From Octopus sinensis (lineage: Eukaryota), in NCBI RefSeq assembly GCF_006345805.1, contig NC_042998.1, positions 121,086,001-121,150,000 on the forward strand: a stretch of DNA of 64,000 nucleotides, in the 5' to 3' direction. The translations under genes and the position numbers were made by a program. Shown piece after piece: positions 1-11,135 of the stretch. The stretch's first letter is position 1. Each line of letters begins with the position of its first letter. A model generated the notes under the pieces. It did no database searches and had not been told where the DNA came from. It saw nothing but the letters and a program-made list of their open reading frames with translations.

Positions 1-313
1 AGTTACTAACATCCAGATAAGTGGACTCAACCATTAAAATATACTGCCTGTGCCATGGACAAAATACACAACCATTGTTAGGAATATAAACTGCTGACTT
101 TATGGTTGCATCTTTTACTATTACATTATACTTAACCAATGTTTATAGATATATAGTATTAATAGGGGGGTGCCAGCATAGAAGGCAGATGTTAAATGAT
201 GATGATGATAATGATGATGGCAAACCTTTTTCAGATTCCATCTACCAAATCCATTCAAAAGACTTTGGTTGGTCCATGGCTATAGTGGAAGATTCTTACC
301 ATACACTAATGCC

Positions 314-338
<25 letters not shown>

Positions 339-346
<8 letters not shown>

Positions 347-621
347 ATTGGTGAATTGAAGAAATGGAGCTGAACGCAGATTGAACAGAAATCGTTTTAT
401 TTCATTCTACACGTGTTTCGAAAGGCACAAATTACCAAAATCCGATTGAATAATGGGACCATATTGTGTCTTTCTCTTCAGGAAGAAAAAAGGAAATCCG
501 TTGGAAAAACAAAAACAGAACAGAGGCGGAGCAAAAAACAAATCGAACTGTGCTCCTAAGAGCCCATGGCGAAACTGTTGATTAATCTACTACAAGATTA
601 TTCATCTTTCTATTTCACATA
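339..621 (-). mobile_element. Probable Penelope-like pseudo-LTR remnant carrying a hammerhead ribozyme
   Basis: ~280 bp non-coding segment bounded by (TA)n tracts on both sides and containing a hammerhead with a palindromic stem III, the form typical of Penelope-like elements. No ORF remains. Confidence 0.5.
400..492 (-). ncRNA. Type I hammerhead ribozyme with minimal palindromic stem III
   Basis: Minus strand: UUUUCUUC, CUGAAGA (481-475), stem II GAAAGACACAA (474-464) / UUGUGCCUUUC (430-420; 10 of 11 paired), GAAAC (419-415), ACGU, GUA (410-408, predicted cleavage 3' of 408), GAAUGAAA. Stem I is 3 bp + mismatch + 4 bp. All core nucleotides match the consensus. Confidence 0.8.
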
Positions 622-657
<36 letters not shown>

Positions 658-796
658 GTGTGTAACACATCCTACAGAATGATAGTTAGTATGTACCAAA
701 TATATATATTTTATTAGTAACAAGACTATTGCCATGCTATTTACATGTTAATGTGGGTATGTTTGTACAGCATGCATTCTGTATATATGCATTTGT

Positions 797-1008
797 CTTT
801 TCTACTCTAGGCACAAAGCCTGAAATTTTGAGGGAGGGGGTCAGTCAATTAGATCAACCCCAGTATGCAACTGGTACTTAATTTATTGGCCCCGAAAGGA
901 TGAAAGGCAAAGTCAACCTCGGTGGAATTTGAACTTAGAACGTAAAGACAGACAAAATACCGCTAAGCATTTCGCCCTGCATGCTAACGTTTCTGCCAGC
1001 TCACTGCC
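797..1008 (-). mobile_element. tRNA-derived SINE (family 1)
   Basis: Minus strand begins GGCAGTGAGCTGGCAGAAACGTTAGCATG, has B-box-like GTTCAAATTCC and an AGAAAAG tail. A second copy lies at 35850-36070. Confidence 0.8.
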
Positions 1009-1059
1009 TTTGTATTAGTATTAGTATTGCATGTGTGTATGGATATCATATATCATCAT

Positions 1060-1300
1060 CATCATCGTTTAATGTCTGTTTTCCATGCTGGCATGAGTTA
1101 GACAATTTGACAGGAGCTGGCTAGCCGGGGAGTTGTCCAGACTCCAAATTGTCTGTTGTGGCATGGGTTCTACAGCAGGATGCTCTTCCTAATGCCAGCC
1201 ACTTTACAGAATATGTTGGGTGCTTTTTATGTGCCACCAGCATAGGTACACCTACACAGCACTGGCACAAGTGCCTTATACATGGCACCAGCACCTGTAA
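1060..1300 (-). mobile_element. Short element matching the RTE LINE 3' tail
   Basis: (CAT)n plus CGTTTAATGTCTGTTTTCCATGCTGGCATG is the reverse complement of the RTE ends at 58300-58465 and 63420-63592. Confidence 0.8.
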
Positions 1301-1974
1301 AGGACAAATATGGATGATAGTGATTTTACTTGGCTTGATGCGTCTTCTCAAGTACAGCAAACTGCCAGAGCCCCCAGCCTATTGTCATTTCCTCAGTGAG
1401 GCCCATATACATATATAACCATTAATCACTGTCTGTATTCTAAGCTGGCATGGGTTGGATGGTTTAACAGGATCTGACAAATCAGAGGACTGTGTTGAGC
1501 TCCAATGTCTGTTTTAGTCTGGTTTTTACTGCTAGATGCCCTTCTTAACACCGTATATAAAAGCACCTGTAGGAACTAAATTAAATGATGAAGTTCTCTA
1601 GAAATGTACATCTTAATATAACTGTGTAAGTATCATCATCTTCAACAACCAGACATCTGTATTAATATTACCTGTTTATTTTGAAACAATAAATTTTCTT
1701 GTTAATTTTGTCCTGAACTTCTAGAACATAGTTGGTTAAAATCTCTCCATTCTCTTTTCTGCATTGGTTAATTGATTCTCCCCATTGTCTTATCTACAAT
1801 TTAAGTTTATTGTGAAACATATACGAAAATTAGACAAATGGAACTAGTGACCGAGACCAGAAGGGGATGCATGAAAGAGCTGAGACATGATTAAATAGAA
1901 ATATTGAAGATATTTAATTGAACAATGTTCAATTTAAATGAAATATTCAATAGGTTCATAGACTATATGAAGTC

Positions 1975-2305
1975 AAAGATGTACAGGTGTGACAGCCAAA
2001 GTTTTACAACTGTGACATGAATGTATAGACATTACATAGGAAAATGTCAAAGTGGTAATTAAAGATATTTTAACATGATCAGTAAAGGTGTACAGATGTG
2101 AGGAATAAAGATGTAAAATGTGACAGTTAGAACTGTACAGATGTATGAATTTTAAAAAATTATATAGATATATCAATAAAGCTACACAGATGTGATGCAT
2201 AAAGATATAGAGAAATAACAAGAGAGTTGTAAAACATGAAAGGATAATATGTAAATATGTGATGCACAAAGAATTACAACTAAAGATGTACAGTTGTGAC
2301 AGTTA
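1975..2305. repeat. Degenerate minisatellite (AAAGATGTACAGATGTGACAG-like units)
   Basis: Several imperfect recurrences of aaagatgtacag(a/t/g)tgtgacag. Confidence 0.5.
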
Positions 2306-3164
2306 AATGTGAACATATATTTTCTACCTAAGAACCATAGAAAAAGACAATTAACATTTAAGCATCACCAAATAAATTGCTGGAAGTTCGCAATGTTAAA
2401 GAATAAAAAGAGTCACATAAAGCAACTAATATCAGAATCTACTAGTATGGTTGATAAGTAGAAAAATTATGTCTGTCAATGAAAATCAAGAGGGTTGTCA
2501 ATATATCTACAGTGAAACAGAAAACTATCACAAAGCAGCAACTAAACTGTTTCAGTGAAAATAATAATAACAACAACAGTGGTAACTAAAACCAATTTTA
2601 TAATAAAAATGTTTTTAAACTACACACTGATGAAAGCAGTTACCGCTCCCTTACAATAGTTCCTAATGGGTTAACATATGTCAAAGTTTTTTGGGGGTTT
2701 TTTTTGTGATATCACCAGATACACACAATAGGTATCATCTCCTCAAAGAATTATTAAAATAACAATTTCTCAGAAAAAATGTAATTATATCTTCAGTATT
2801 AATAATGAAGAATAAGGTTGTTTCTTTTGATGTCTAACTTAAATAAGTCATAAAGGATTGAGAATCTTAAGTTGTATATCACTACATCTTTAAGTGTAGT
2901 TGCTATGCTCCACATTATATTGAAGTGTCCTAAACTACCAGCTGTATCCCGAACTCTACTTATGTCCTAAACTATACTGGCTGCTAACCTAAACTCTATA
3001 TTCTATGCCCTCAATTCTACTAGCTACAACCCAAACTTTATTTGGAATGTCCTTAAACACTACTGTGTCTTAAAATCTTGCTCACAATTATATAGCCTTG
3101 TGCTAATGATGTGCAATTAGGTAAACACTCATCAGAGTGAATATAGTATGATAACCCTTATTAT

Positions 3165-3325
3165 CATCTTCATCATCATCGCTTAACGTCCGTTTTCCAT
3201 GCTGGCATGGGTTGGACGGTTTGACTGGGGTCTGGAAAGCCAGGGGGCTGCACCAGGCTCCATTCTGATCTGGTAATGTTTCTACAGATGGATGCCCTTC
3301 CTAACACCAACCACTCCAAGAGTGT
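3165..3325 (-). mobile_element. RTE 3'-tail-derived short element
   Basis: Same tail motif (CATCATCGCTTAACGTCCGTTTTCCATGCTGGCATGGGTTGGACGG) as the RTE ends. Confidence 0.8.
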
Positions 3326-3336
3326 ATATATATATA

Positions 3337-3735
3337 GGTGCAGACGTGGCAGTGTGGTAAGATGCTTACTTCCCAACTACATGGTTCCAGGTTCAGTCCT
3401 GCTGCGTGGCACCTTGGGCAAGTATCTTCTACTATTGCCTTGGGCTAACCAAATCCTTGTGAGTGGATTTGGCAGATAGAAAGTGAAAGCCCATTGTGTG
3501 TGTGTGTGTGTGTGTGTATTTATGTGTATGTGTTTGTGTGTCCCCCCACACACACATACATTGCTTGACAACCAATGTTTGGTGTGCTTATGTTCCCATA
3601 ACTTAGTGGTTCGGTAGAAGAGACCAACAGAATAAGCACCAGGCTTACAAAGAATAAGTCCAGGGGTCGATTTCTTTGAATAAAAAACAGTGCTCCAGCA
3701 TGGCCACAGTCAAAAGACTGAAACAAGTAAAAGAA
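3337..3735 (+). mobile_element. tRNA-derived SINE (family 2) with internal (TG)n
   Basis: Head GGTGCAGACGTGGCAGTGTGGTAAG...GGTTCAGTCC (A/B-box-like) and tail GCTCCAGCATGGCCACAGTC...GAAACAAGTAAAAGAATAAAAG. Several related copies occur in the window. Confidence 0.85.
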
Positions 3736-3754
3736 TAAAAGAAAGAAAAAAAAA

Positions 3755-3799
<45 letters not shown>

Positions 3800-3802
3800 T
3801 GT

Positions 3803-4122
3803 GTGAACGCATGTGGCTTAGTGATTAGGGTATTCAGCTCACAGTCATAAATTCAATTCCTGGCAGCACATTGTGTCCTTGAGCAAGACACTTCATTTCA
3901 TGTTGCTCCAGTCCACTCACCTGGCAAAAATGAGTTGTACCTGTAATTCAAAGAGCCAGCCTTGTCACATTCTATGTCAGGCTGAATCTCCCTGAGAAAC
4001 TTCATTAATGATATACACGTCTGTGGAATGCTCAGCCACTTGCACGTTAATTTGATGAGCAGGCTGTTCCGTTGACAAGATCAACTGGGACCTTTGTCAT
4101 TGTAACCGATAGAGGGCCAGTT
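3803..4122 (+). mobile_element. tRNA-derived SINE (family 3)
   Basis: Head GCATGTGGCTTAGTGATTAGGG...TCAATTCC and body TTGTGTCCTTGAGCAAGACACTTCATTTCATGTTGCTCCAGTCCACTC. Related copies at ~7250-7400, 20630-20760 and 40605-40842. Confidence 0.8.
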
Positions 4123-4571
4123 ATATATATACACATACACACACATACAAACATGCAATATCATAAAGACCTAATTATGAAGGTGTGCAGAAAATTAATA
4201 TTTAATGTTCTTCAGTTAGTCTAAGCCCCCATGGCCAAAGCCATGCTAAAGTAATGCCTTTCTGAATGAATTTATTTCTTCTAAGTAATACATAAAATAG
4301 TATTGGACAATGAATATTTGTTTTTGCATGTTCTAAACAGAATGCTGAACAAATTTGTTAAATGAATAGAAAAGCGAATAAAAATAGAGAGCTTAGTGGG
4401 AATTGAACCTCTATTTCTATTACTGATACTTTAGTATATTTACAACTGCAACAGAATCCCTTTGATAATATCCACTTCCAGATTCAGCATTTATACCTAA
4501 ACAGTCACTTAAAAAGTCAGTTCTGAATCCTGATGTTATTTGGAAAAGATCAGGAAATCAACTACAAAATT

Positions 4572-5495
4572 TTACCTCTTTATTACTCTGACACTGAAAG
4601 TAGTGACCTTTGCCATTGTAAATACTGACTTTCGAAACAAAGTACTGACCTTTCATAGTGAAAGTAATGTCACTTTCACTGATTTATTTATTCAAGTACA
4701 ATTTGTAGTATCACTAAAACGTTGGATATTTCTTTATAGTGATGGCTCAATAAAAATTGGATTCTAAATATGTGTTAGATTGTTTTAAATCACTAGTAGA
4801 TATGAAGTGAACAAAAGTGTGACCCCAGTAGGGAGTGAAACTGCCTTTTTGATGCTTCAGCGTAATTACATCCTATTCTACAATACAATGTGTTTCATCA
4901 AAATGTAAATCACAAATTAAGTTTATGTATTTGTTTTGCAAGATTCTTGAAATGAAATCATGTGTTGAAACAAATATTGTTATACTTGGAGATGGTCATC
5001 TTTTACCAACACACTATTTATTTGATTTTCACTTTAACTTTATTATTATTATTATTTTTTTTTTTTTTTTTTTTAAGTCTATTTGTCAAAGTTCTCATAT
5101 CAAACATACTGTGACCTCCAGCAACTTTTTGTCCCACATGTCTCCTCTTGTCCAGCCTATTCCAAAGGAATAGGCAGGACAAGAGGAGATATGTGGGACT
5201 AAAAATCATAATAATAAAGCTAAATTGAAGAGCAAATAAATAGTGAGTGTATTTAATCAGAAAAAGATGACCATCCCCAAATAAATCACATCTTAGCAAT
5301 TCAATCCTAGTTTAACTGTCACTATAATAAAATAATATCTAACATTTCAGCCATAGGTACTACAAGCTTGTAAAAATTATAAATTTGGGTTACTTAAAAA
5401 ATGATTGAACTTAGTGAAAGATCGTTCTTTTCAATGTCAAAGATCACTTTTTGAATCAAAGGTTGCTACTATCAGCTTCAGAGTAAAAAAGGAAA
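4572..5495. repeat. Degenerate long inverted repeat / foldback element
   Basis: 4985-5060 matches the reverse complement of 5201-5285; 4725-4790 matches rc of 5290-5345; 4572-4660 matches rc of 5405-5495. Confidence 0.65.
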
Positions 5496-6336
5496 GATTC
5501 CCTTTATCAAATCTCAATCTCAAACCAAACATTATGGAAACAAAGACACAAACAAAACAAAGACACAAACAAAAAATAACTTATGTTAGAATTTAATAAC
5601 TATTTCTGGGCTGTGCTAAAATATGGAAGTGGTTATTGTAAGCGGGATTATGCTATAGTAGTAGTTACACTGAGATTGCAAACAAAAGAGGTACAAGTTT
5701 GTTTCCCACTGGTTTCTCACCTTTTTATTCACTTCTACCAAGGCTTTATGAATTTATAGAACAATGCTTTTCGATAATGGAAACACATAATCTGGATTAT
5801 TCCTAATTCCAATATGAAACACTCAATGGACATGTGTTATGAAATTGGTACAAAAAAAAAAAGTGCAGTTAAAGGGATATAGATGAGAGGGGAGTATATG
5901 AACAGCTTGGCAGAGGAAATGAATGAGGTTTCAGAGTAGAATCAAAGCTTAGAAAAGCATAGCCAAAGAAAGTGGCCATCACAGCAGAGGTGCAACTACA
6001 AAACTGTGCAGAGTCTCACCCATATAGTTCCAGTTGTGTTCCCAGGGATGTTTTAGTATATGTTCTGATTCTGAAAACAAACAGTTTGGGTACAGATAAA
6101 ATTAATGAAGAAATACAAAACAAGCTAAAAGAGTAATAGTAAGCTCTCATTCCCTTATTATTTTAATTGCTATTATTGATATCTTAAGAATTAATATAAC
6201 TTTCATTACTATTATGATGACTACTACTACTACTACTACAGAAATAGAGTGGCAGAAACAATAGAGCACTTGACTAAATGTCTTGCAATATTTAATTATG
6301 TTAATTTACATGCTCTGATTTGAAACCCCATAAACA

Positions 6337-6405
6337 CACGTACACACACACACACACACACACACAACACACACACACACACGTACACACACACACACGT
6401 ACACA

Positions 6406-6445
<40 letters not shown>
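6337..6445. repeat. (CA)n microsatellite with CGTA interruptions
   Basis: Seen directly in the sequence. Confidence 0.95.
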
Positions 6446-6447
<2 letters not shown>

Positions 6448-9400
6448 TATATTGTATACAGCTACTAAATACAATTCATTAAGTAAACAGCTATATTGAT
6501 TTATTACAATGGCACAAAGCTAGAATTTATGAGAGAGATCCCAGTATGTTATGGATACTTATTTTATTGATCCTTAAATGATAAAAGACAAAGTTGATTG
6601 TGACAACTCTAGAAATTCTCAAATGCATACATATCTAGGACAGTGCTACTTGCTATTAGACAAGTACACACATCATAGACCACATTGAAAAGAAGGCTAT
6701 TCAACTGATTTGAAAATATTCACTACTAGCACATTGATGTATTATTATATCTATCTATCTCCTATTACTACCAGAAGTACTTCCACTCATATGAATAAGC
6801 AAATTGTACATCACCTAGTATAACTACCAACTAAGCTCAGCTGGTACACCAGGCTCCTCCTTATCATCCCTATTATATGTCAACCTCCCAAAACCCTGCA
6901 CTAAATGTTTACATTAATCCTTATAACCTAGAACTGCAGTTCTCTATAACTCACTTATATTCATCAACCTAGAAAATTGAGCATTAACCACATCATTCTC
7001 ACAGTTAGTGAGGGCTTGCATGAAAACCAATTATTTAAACAAAGATATATAAATACTTTAAGTCATTTACTCCCACACTCTACCATTTCTGCCATTCTAC
7101 ATATTGAACAGAACTAATATTAATGCTATAAATTGGTCACTAGTCTCAAATATGTTGCTATTCAATAAATCAACTTTATCTCATTGCAACAATGGTATAA
7201 TTTAAAACCTAGATGACATGTTATTATACTCTATCTTACTATGATCTGTGAAGGCACATGGCCTGGTGGTTAGAGGGCTAGGCTCATGATCAAAGACTGT
7301 CAGTTCAATTCTTAAACTAAGCAGTAAGTTGTGTCTTTGAGAAAACACTTCAATTCATGCTGCTCAAGTCCACTCAACTGTAAATGAGTACCAGCTAAGT
7401 GCTGGTGCAGCCCTCTCTCCTTCTAGCTGTCATACCCTGCGTGTGCAGCTGAATGGCGAGGGGGATGAGCAGGAAGAGAGTCTATGTATACTCATAGACA
7501 ACTAAAAGAATTAGCAAAACATAATGCTAAACCATATTCACATATGAGTGATGGCTGACTGATTTATGCTTACCTTTACAATATACAATACAATATCTAC
7601 AATATACAGAGGACAAATTTACAATGACCTTTTTTTTTTTATCATGGTAAAGAAACCAAGTATGGTATTATAAAAACCTAATATATATCACTAGACTGTC
7701 ATGACAACCAAGTATCTTTGATATCATTTTTTCCTTCAACAGTATTTTTTTTTATCACCTATATAAGTACCCAGGTGGTGCTATTAAGTTAGACATGGTC
7801 TGCACTAATTCTGGCAAAAACTTATCTAAATATATACCCCTCATCTACATGAAGATATAATGAGACTTTTAAAGCATCCTGATTAGTTGTTTAGTATCAA
7901 TAATTTAGTATGATTATGTTAACTTGAAATATTTAGGAGCTTAGTTAATCTCCATTAATGCATTAAACAAAATCAGTGGTCAATGAAGCATAACCTAGCC
8001 ACTACTTTTTTATTTGTTATCATTAGTGAATTAAACCATAAAAGAAGATTGTTAACCTGAAATATAGCATAGGGAAGTCAGTGCACTTAATTTCAGAGAA
8101 AAAAAAATCTGTTAAGTGAGAAGCATAAGATTAGTAAGCTGAAAAGCTTGGCAACAAAAAAAACATGTTTGTATAATGTGTTCAAACACAAAACACATCA
8201 GATAACAGTTTTTAAAATGTGTTAAACATAGTATTAACAAAATAACACATCTATTAACAATGTGTTTACAATGTGATATGCAAAGTAATAATACAAAATC
8301 ACATTTCATAATGCTGCAGTGTCTGTGAGTGCTTTTTATAAGGGATCTTATAAATTAGGCCAGGATGAAATAAATAGAATGTCTATTTTGGGAGTGTCTC
8401 ACCTTAGAAAATAGGTTATTGATTCTTACTTCTCACAACAATTGTATTGTCCACCCTATCCCCCATTCTCCACCTTTCCTCCAATCAAGGTACATGCCTG
8501 CCCCCTTCAGCTCCAGTTTGCTTGATTGAACAACCAAGTTCTATCTGCTAATTCAGTTGAGTGGTTAGTAGTAGGGATGACATATAGCTGTAAAAACAAT
8601 TGACTCAACAGCTAAAACCAATGGATGGAAGATAGTAAAGTGAATTAATTAATTTGCATTAATTAATTAACTTAAGAAAAAAACATACAAATTCTGTACT
8701 TCAGATAAATATGTCAGGGGATCAAATACCAAGATTAAATGTTGCACTTTTATAGATTTAAAGGAAGCTAAACTAAAGAATATCAGTAAAATGGATGTGA
8801 TGCAGAGTCTTAAAGCTTACCTCAGGGGCCAAGCCAAGTTTGTCAATAAACTGTGTTTGTAATTGGGTTTTAATAAAGTTGAAATTAACAAAGTCAATTT
8901 TTCAATTAATTGAGATTATTATACATAGAACAGTTCAATCTATGAAGGTAGGACATACTAGGTAGAATAAGCCTAGATACACTATATCGGAATAGAAAAT
9001 AAGATAACCACAGTTAAAATACTTGTTTACTCCATGAAGAATGACCTGGGGGTGAAACAACAAAGCTTTTAATGATTTTTATCAGTACCAGCCCAGAGTT
9101 ACCTAACTAAACAAACTATTCTTATCTTAAACATAAACATTTTTCTTTTTTCATCTATCTCTGAAATAAATCCCAATTGGAACTATATTTATGTCACCTG
9201 AATATTAGTAAAACATTTGGATCTGTTATGAGTTGAAGTCAATAAAATATAATTAACCCGTGTAGGAACAGTGAAGAGACATATTTCTGATGAACTGAAA
9301 AAGAAAGGCAGTAGTTATACAAAGACCTAATATCAAAACAAATATTTGAAAATATGGTGAACCAAACATCTGAAATAGCAGCCTTCAAATATCAATACAG

Positions 9401-9693
9401 AAATAATTTTATTAATGCTGAAAATACAAAAAAGTATTTGTTAATCGGTATGTATATATATGAATGATAAGTACTTGCTAACTATTATTCATACAGGTGA
9501 ATGATAAAAACATAGACATCATGCTTAACGACAAATGAATTGAATATGCAATGCCTAACAGCAATATATGTATATTCCATACAAATACAGGTCTGGTTAT
9601 GCAGATAACTGTGTCACTGCATAGTTGATATTAGAAAATAGAATATGTAACAAAACAAAAAATCAAAAATGACATTAAAAAATTTATAATAAA

Positions 9694-10290
9694 CTAGCTG
9701 AATTGCCTAGCATTGCCCGGCTTACTGCTGTTCTTATTCAGATTAATAAACAATAAATATGAAGATATATTTTTTTTCTCATAATTATTTCAAAATATCT
9801 ATATTCTATTTTAAAATATCCTAGTTGTAATGATAATAGAATTTAGGACTGAAAATCTGTCAACTGTTTACCTTAGGGTAAACAATATTCATTGTGTAAT
9901 TTTTTGTTGGTGTCAAAATGAATAAATTGTTACTGCTTCCAACTTGTGAGCAATCAACATAGGGTTGGGAGAAGCATGTAGTAGAGAGATGAAGTCCAAC
10001 TACCTTGAGGGATTGACTCTAAGATTTGTTAATTGAAATACCAAAACTTAGCTTGACTGGAAACTGAAGTCTCTTAAATTCAAATGGAACATCTGTAGGT
10101 ATGAGAGGAAATTTTGGAATAAAGACATTTTATTCTTTGTTATGATTGTTGCCTGTAGGACATGGGGCTTCATGGAAATAACAATTAAGTGAGTTCCATT
10201 ACACAGGCGAGGCAAGCCATTTGAGAATGCATAAGTAACAGACAGAGAGATAAAGAATTTCATATAAAGAGAGATAAATGCTATCATAGT
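9694..10290 (-). mobile_element. Helitron 3' remnant (PIF1-like helicase fragment plus CTAG terminus)
   Basis: Minus ORF 10048-10287 contains LPRLCNGTHLIV..MKPHVLQATIIT, resembling the Helitron RepHel motif LCNGTRL..L..NVIEATI. The minus strand ends ...CCGGGCAATGCTAGGCAATTCAGCTAG|T at 9694. Confidence 0.65.
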
Positions 10291-10945
10291 AAATAAATGC
10301 TACTAAGATTTGTATCATGTGCAAGTTTCACTAAAAGAAATTTTTCTTTTCTCTTTTATTTTTGGTGGGGGTGGTCTATTTATTTTTTTATTTCTGAGAT
10401 GGTGATCTAGAACAGCAGTCCCTATGTCTTTTTGCACCATAGACTAGTTTCATGCAAGACAATTTTTCTATGGACCAGAGTATCAGTTGCATAACAAAAC
10501 ACAATAAAGTGCATAATATACACTGCAAAAACACCCTTCAGATTGGCCTGATACCAAATGATCTACAGCCCAGTACTGCTCTAGAATGTATTTATAGTAG
10601 GATCATGTGTTAAATAAGTGAACAAATAGTCCAATATAGGCCCAAACTTTGAACCTTTCTAGAGTCAGTCATGTGAGAGGCTGAAATATTTTCTGGTATT
10701 AAGAAAAAAAATTTTAACTTTGATGCACTTTTGGCTGCAAAATCTTCAGAGATAATTCTGGCATTTGTGTTCAATGTAATGGATTTAGCTGATTAAAGTT
10801 CATGAATAGTGATGTATAACGGATAAGTTTTCTGGAAATGTATGAGGTCTGTTTTAGTGGTGTTGACTGATAGACTATGTTGCTTAAGTCTTAAAGGTAA
10901 CAGTATATAAATATAAGTCATTAAAATAAGTAGAGAGAAACTAAA

Positions 10946-11135
10946 CCCTTTTGATACCAACTCTCCTAGGAGTGCCCCTGGTTCTAAGACACAAACTTGC
11001 CATTTTAAAATGAACTAAACTAAAACCTTCCAACAAAATTTTCAAAAACCAGATTAAATTTGACAAATTCTTCATCATTTTCAAAATTGATTGAAATAAA
11101 GACGGTGTATTTCAACACAAATATGGACAAAAGGG
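10946..11135. mobile_element. Non-autonomous MITE with CCC...GGG termini and TTAA site (piggyBac-like)
   Basis: Left end CCCTTTTG and right end CAAAAGGG|TTAA. Related copies at 21665-22343 and 46235-46463. Confidence 0.6.

Noticed and set aside
3337-3410. tRNA gene (also other SINE heads)
   Set aside because: A/B-box-like motifs are present but there is no intact cloverleaf, and the sequence continues into a SINE body.
4573-4680. Minus-strand exon ending ...QSNKE|gt, resembling a RABGAP1 segment
   Set aside because: It has a weak acceptor and is one arm of the 4572-5495 inverted repeat.
8428-8588. Minus-strand segment with tttttacag acceptor and gtaaga donor
   Set aside because: Stops occur in the two frames I translated, including the phase continuing the host exon; no similarity recognised.
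8811-8842. Possible microexon (FIDKLGLAPE) with a gtaag donor
   Set aside because: There is no pyrimidine tract at the acceptor, and it gives a stop in the phase required by the upstream exon.
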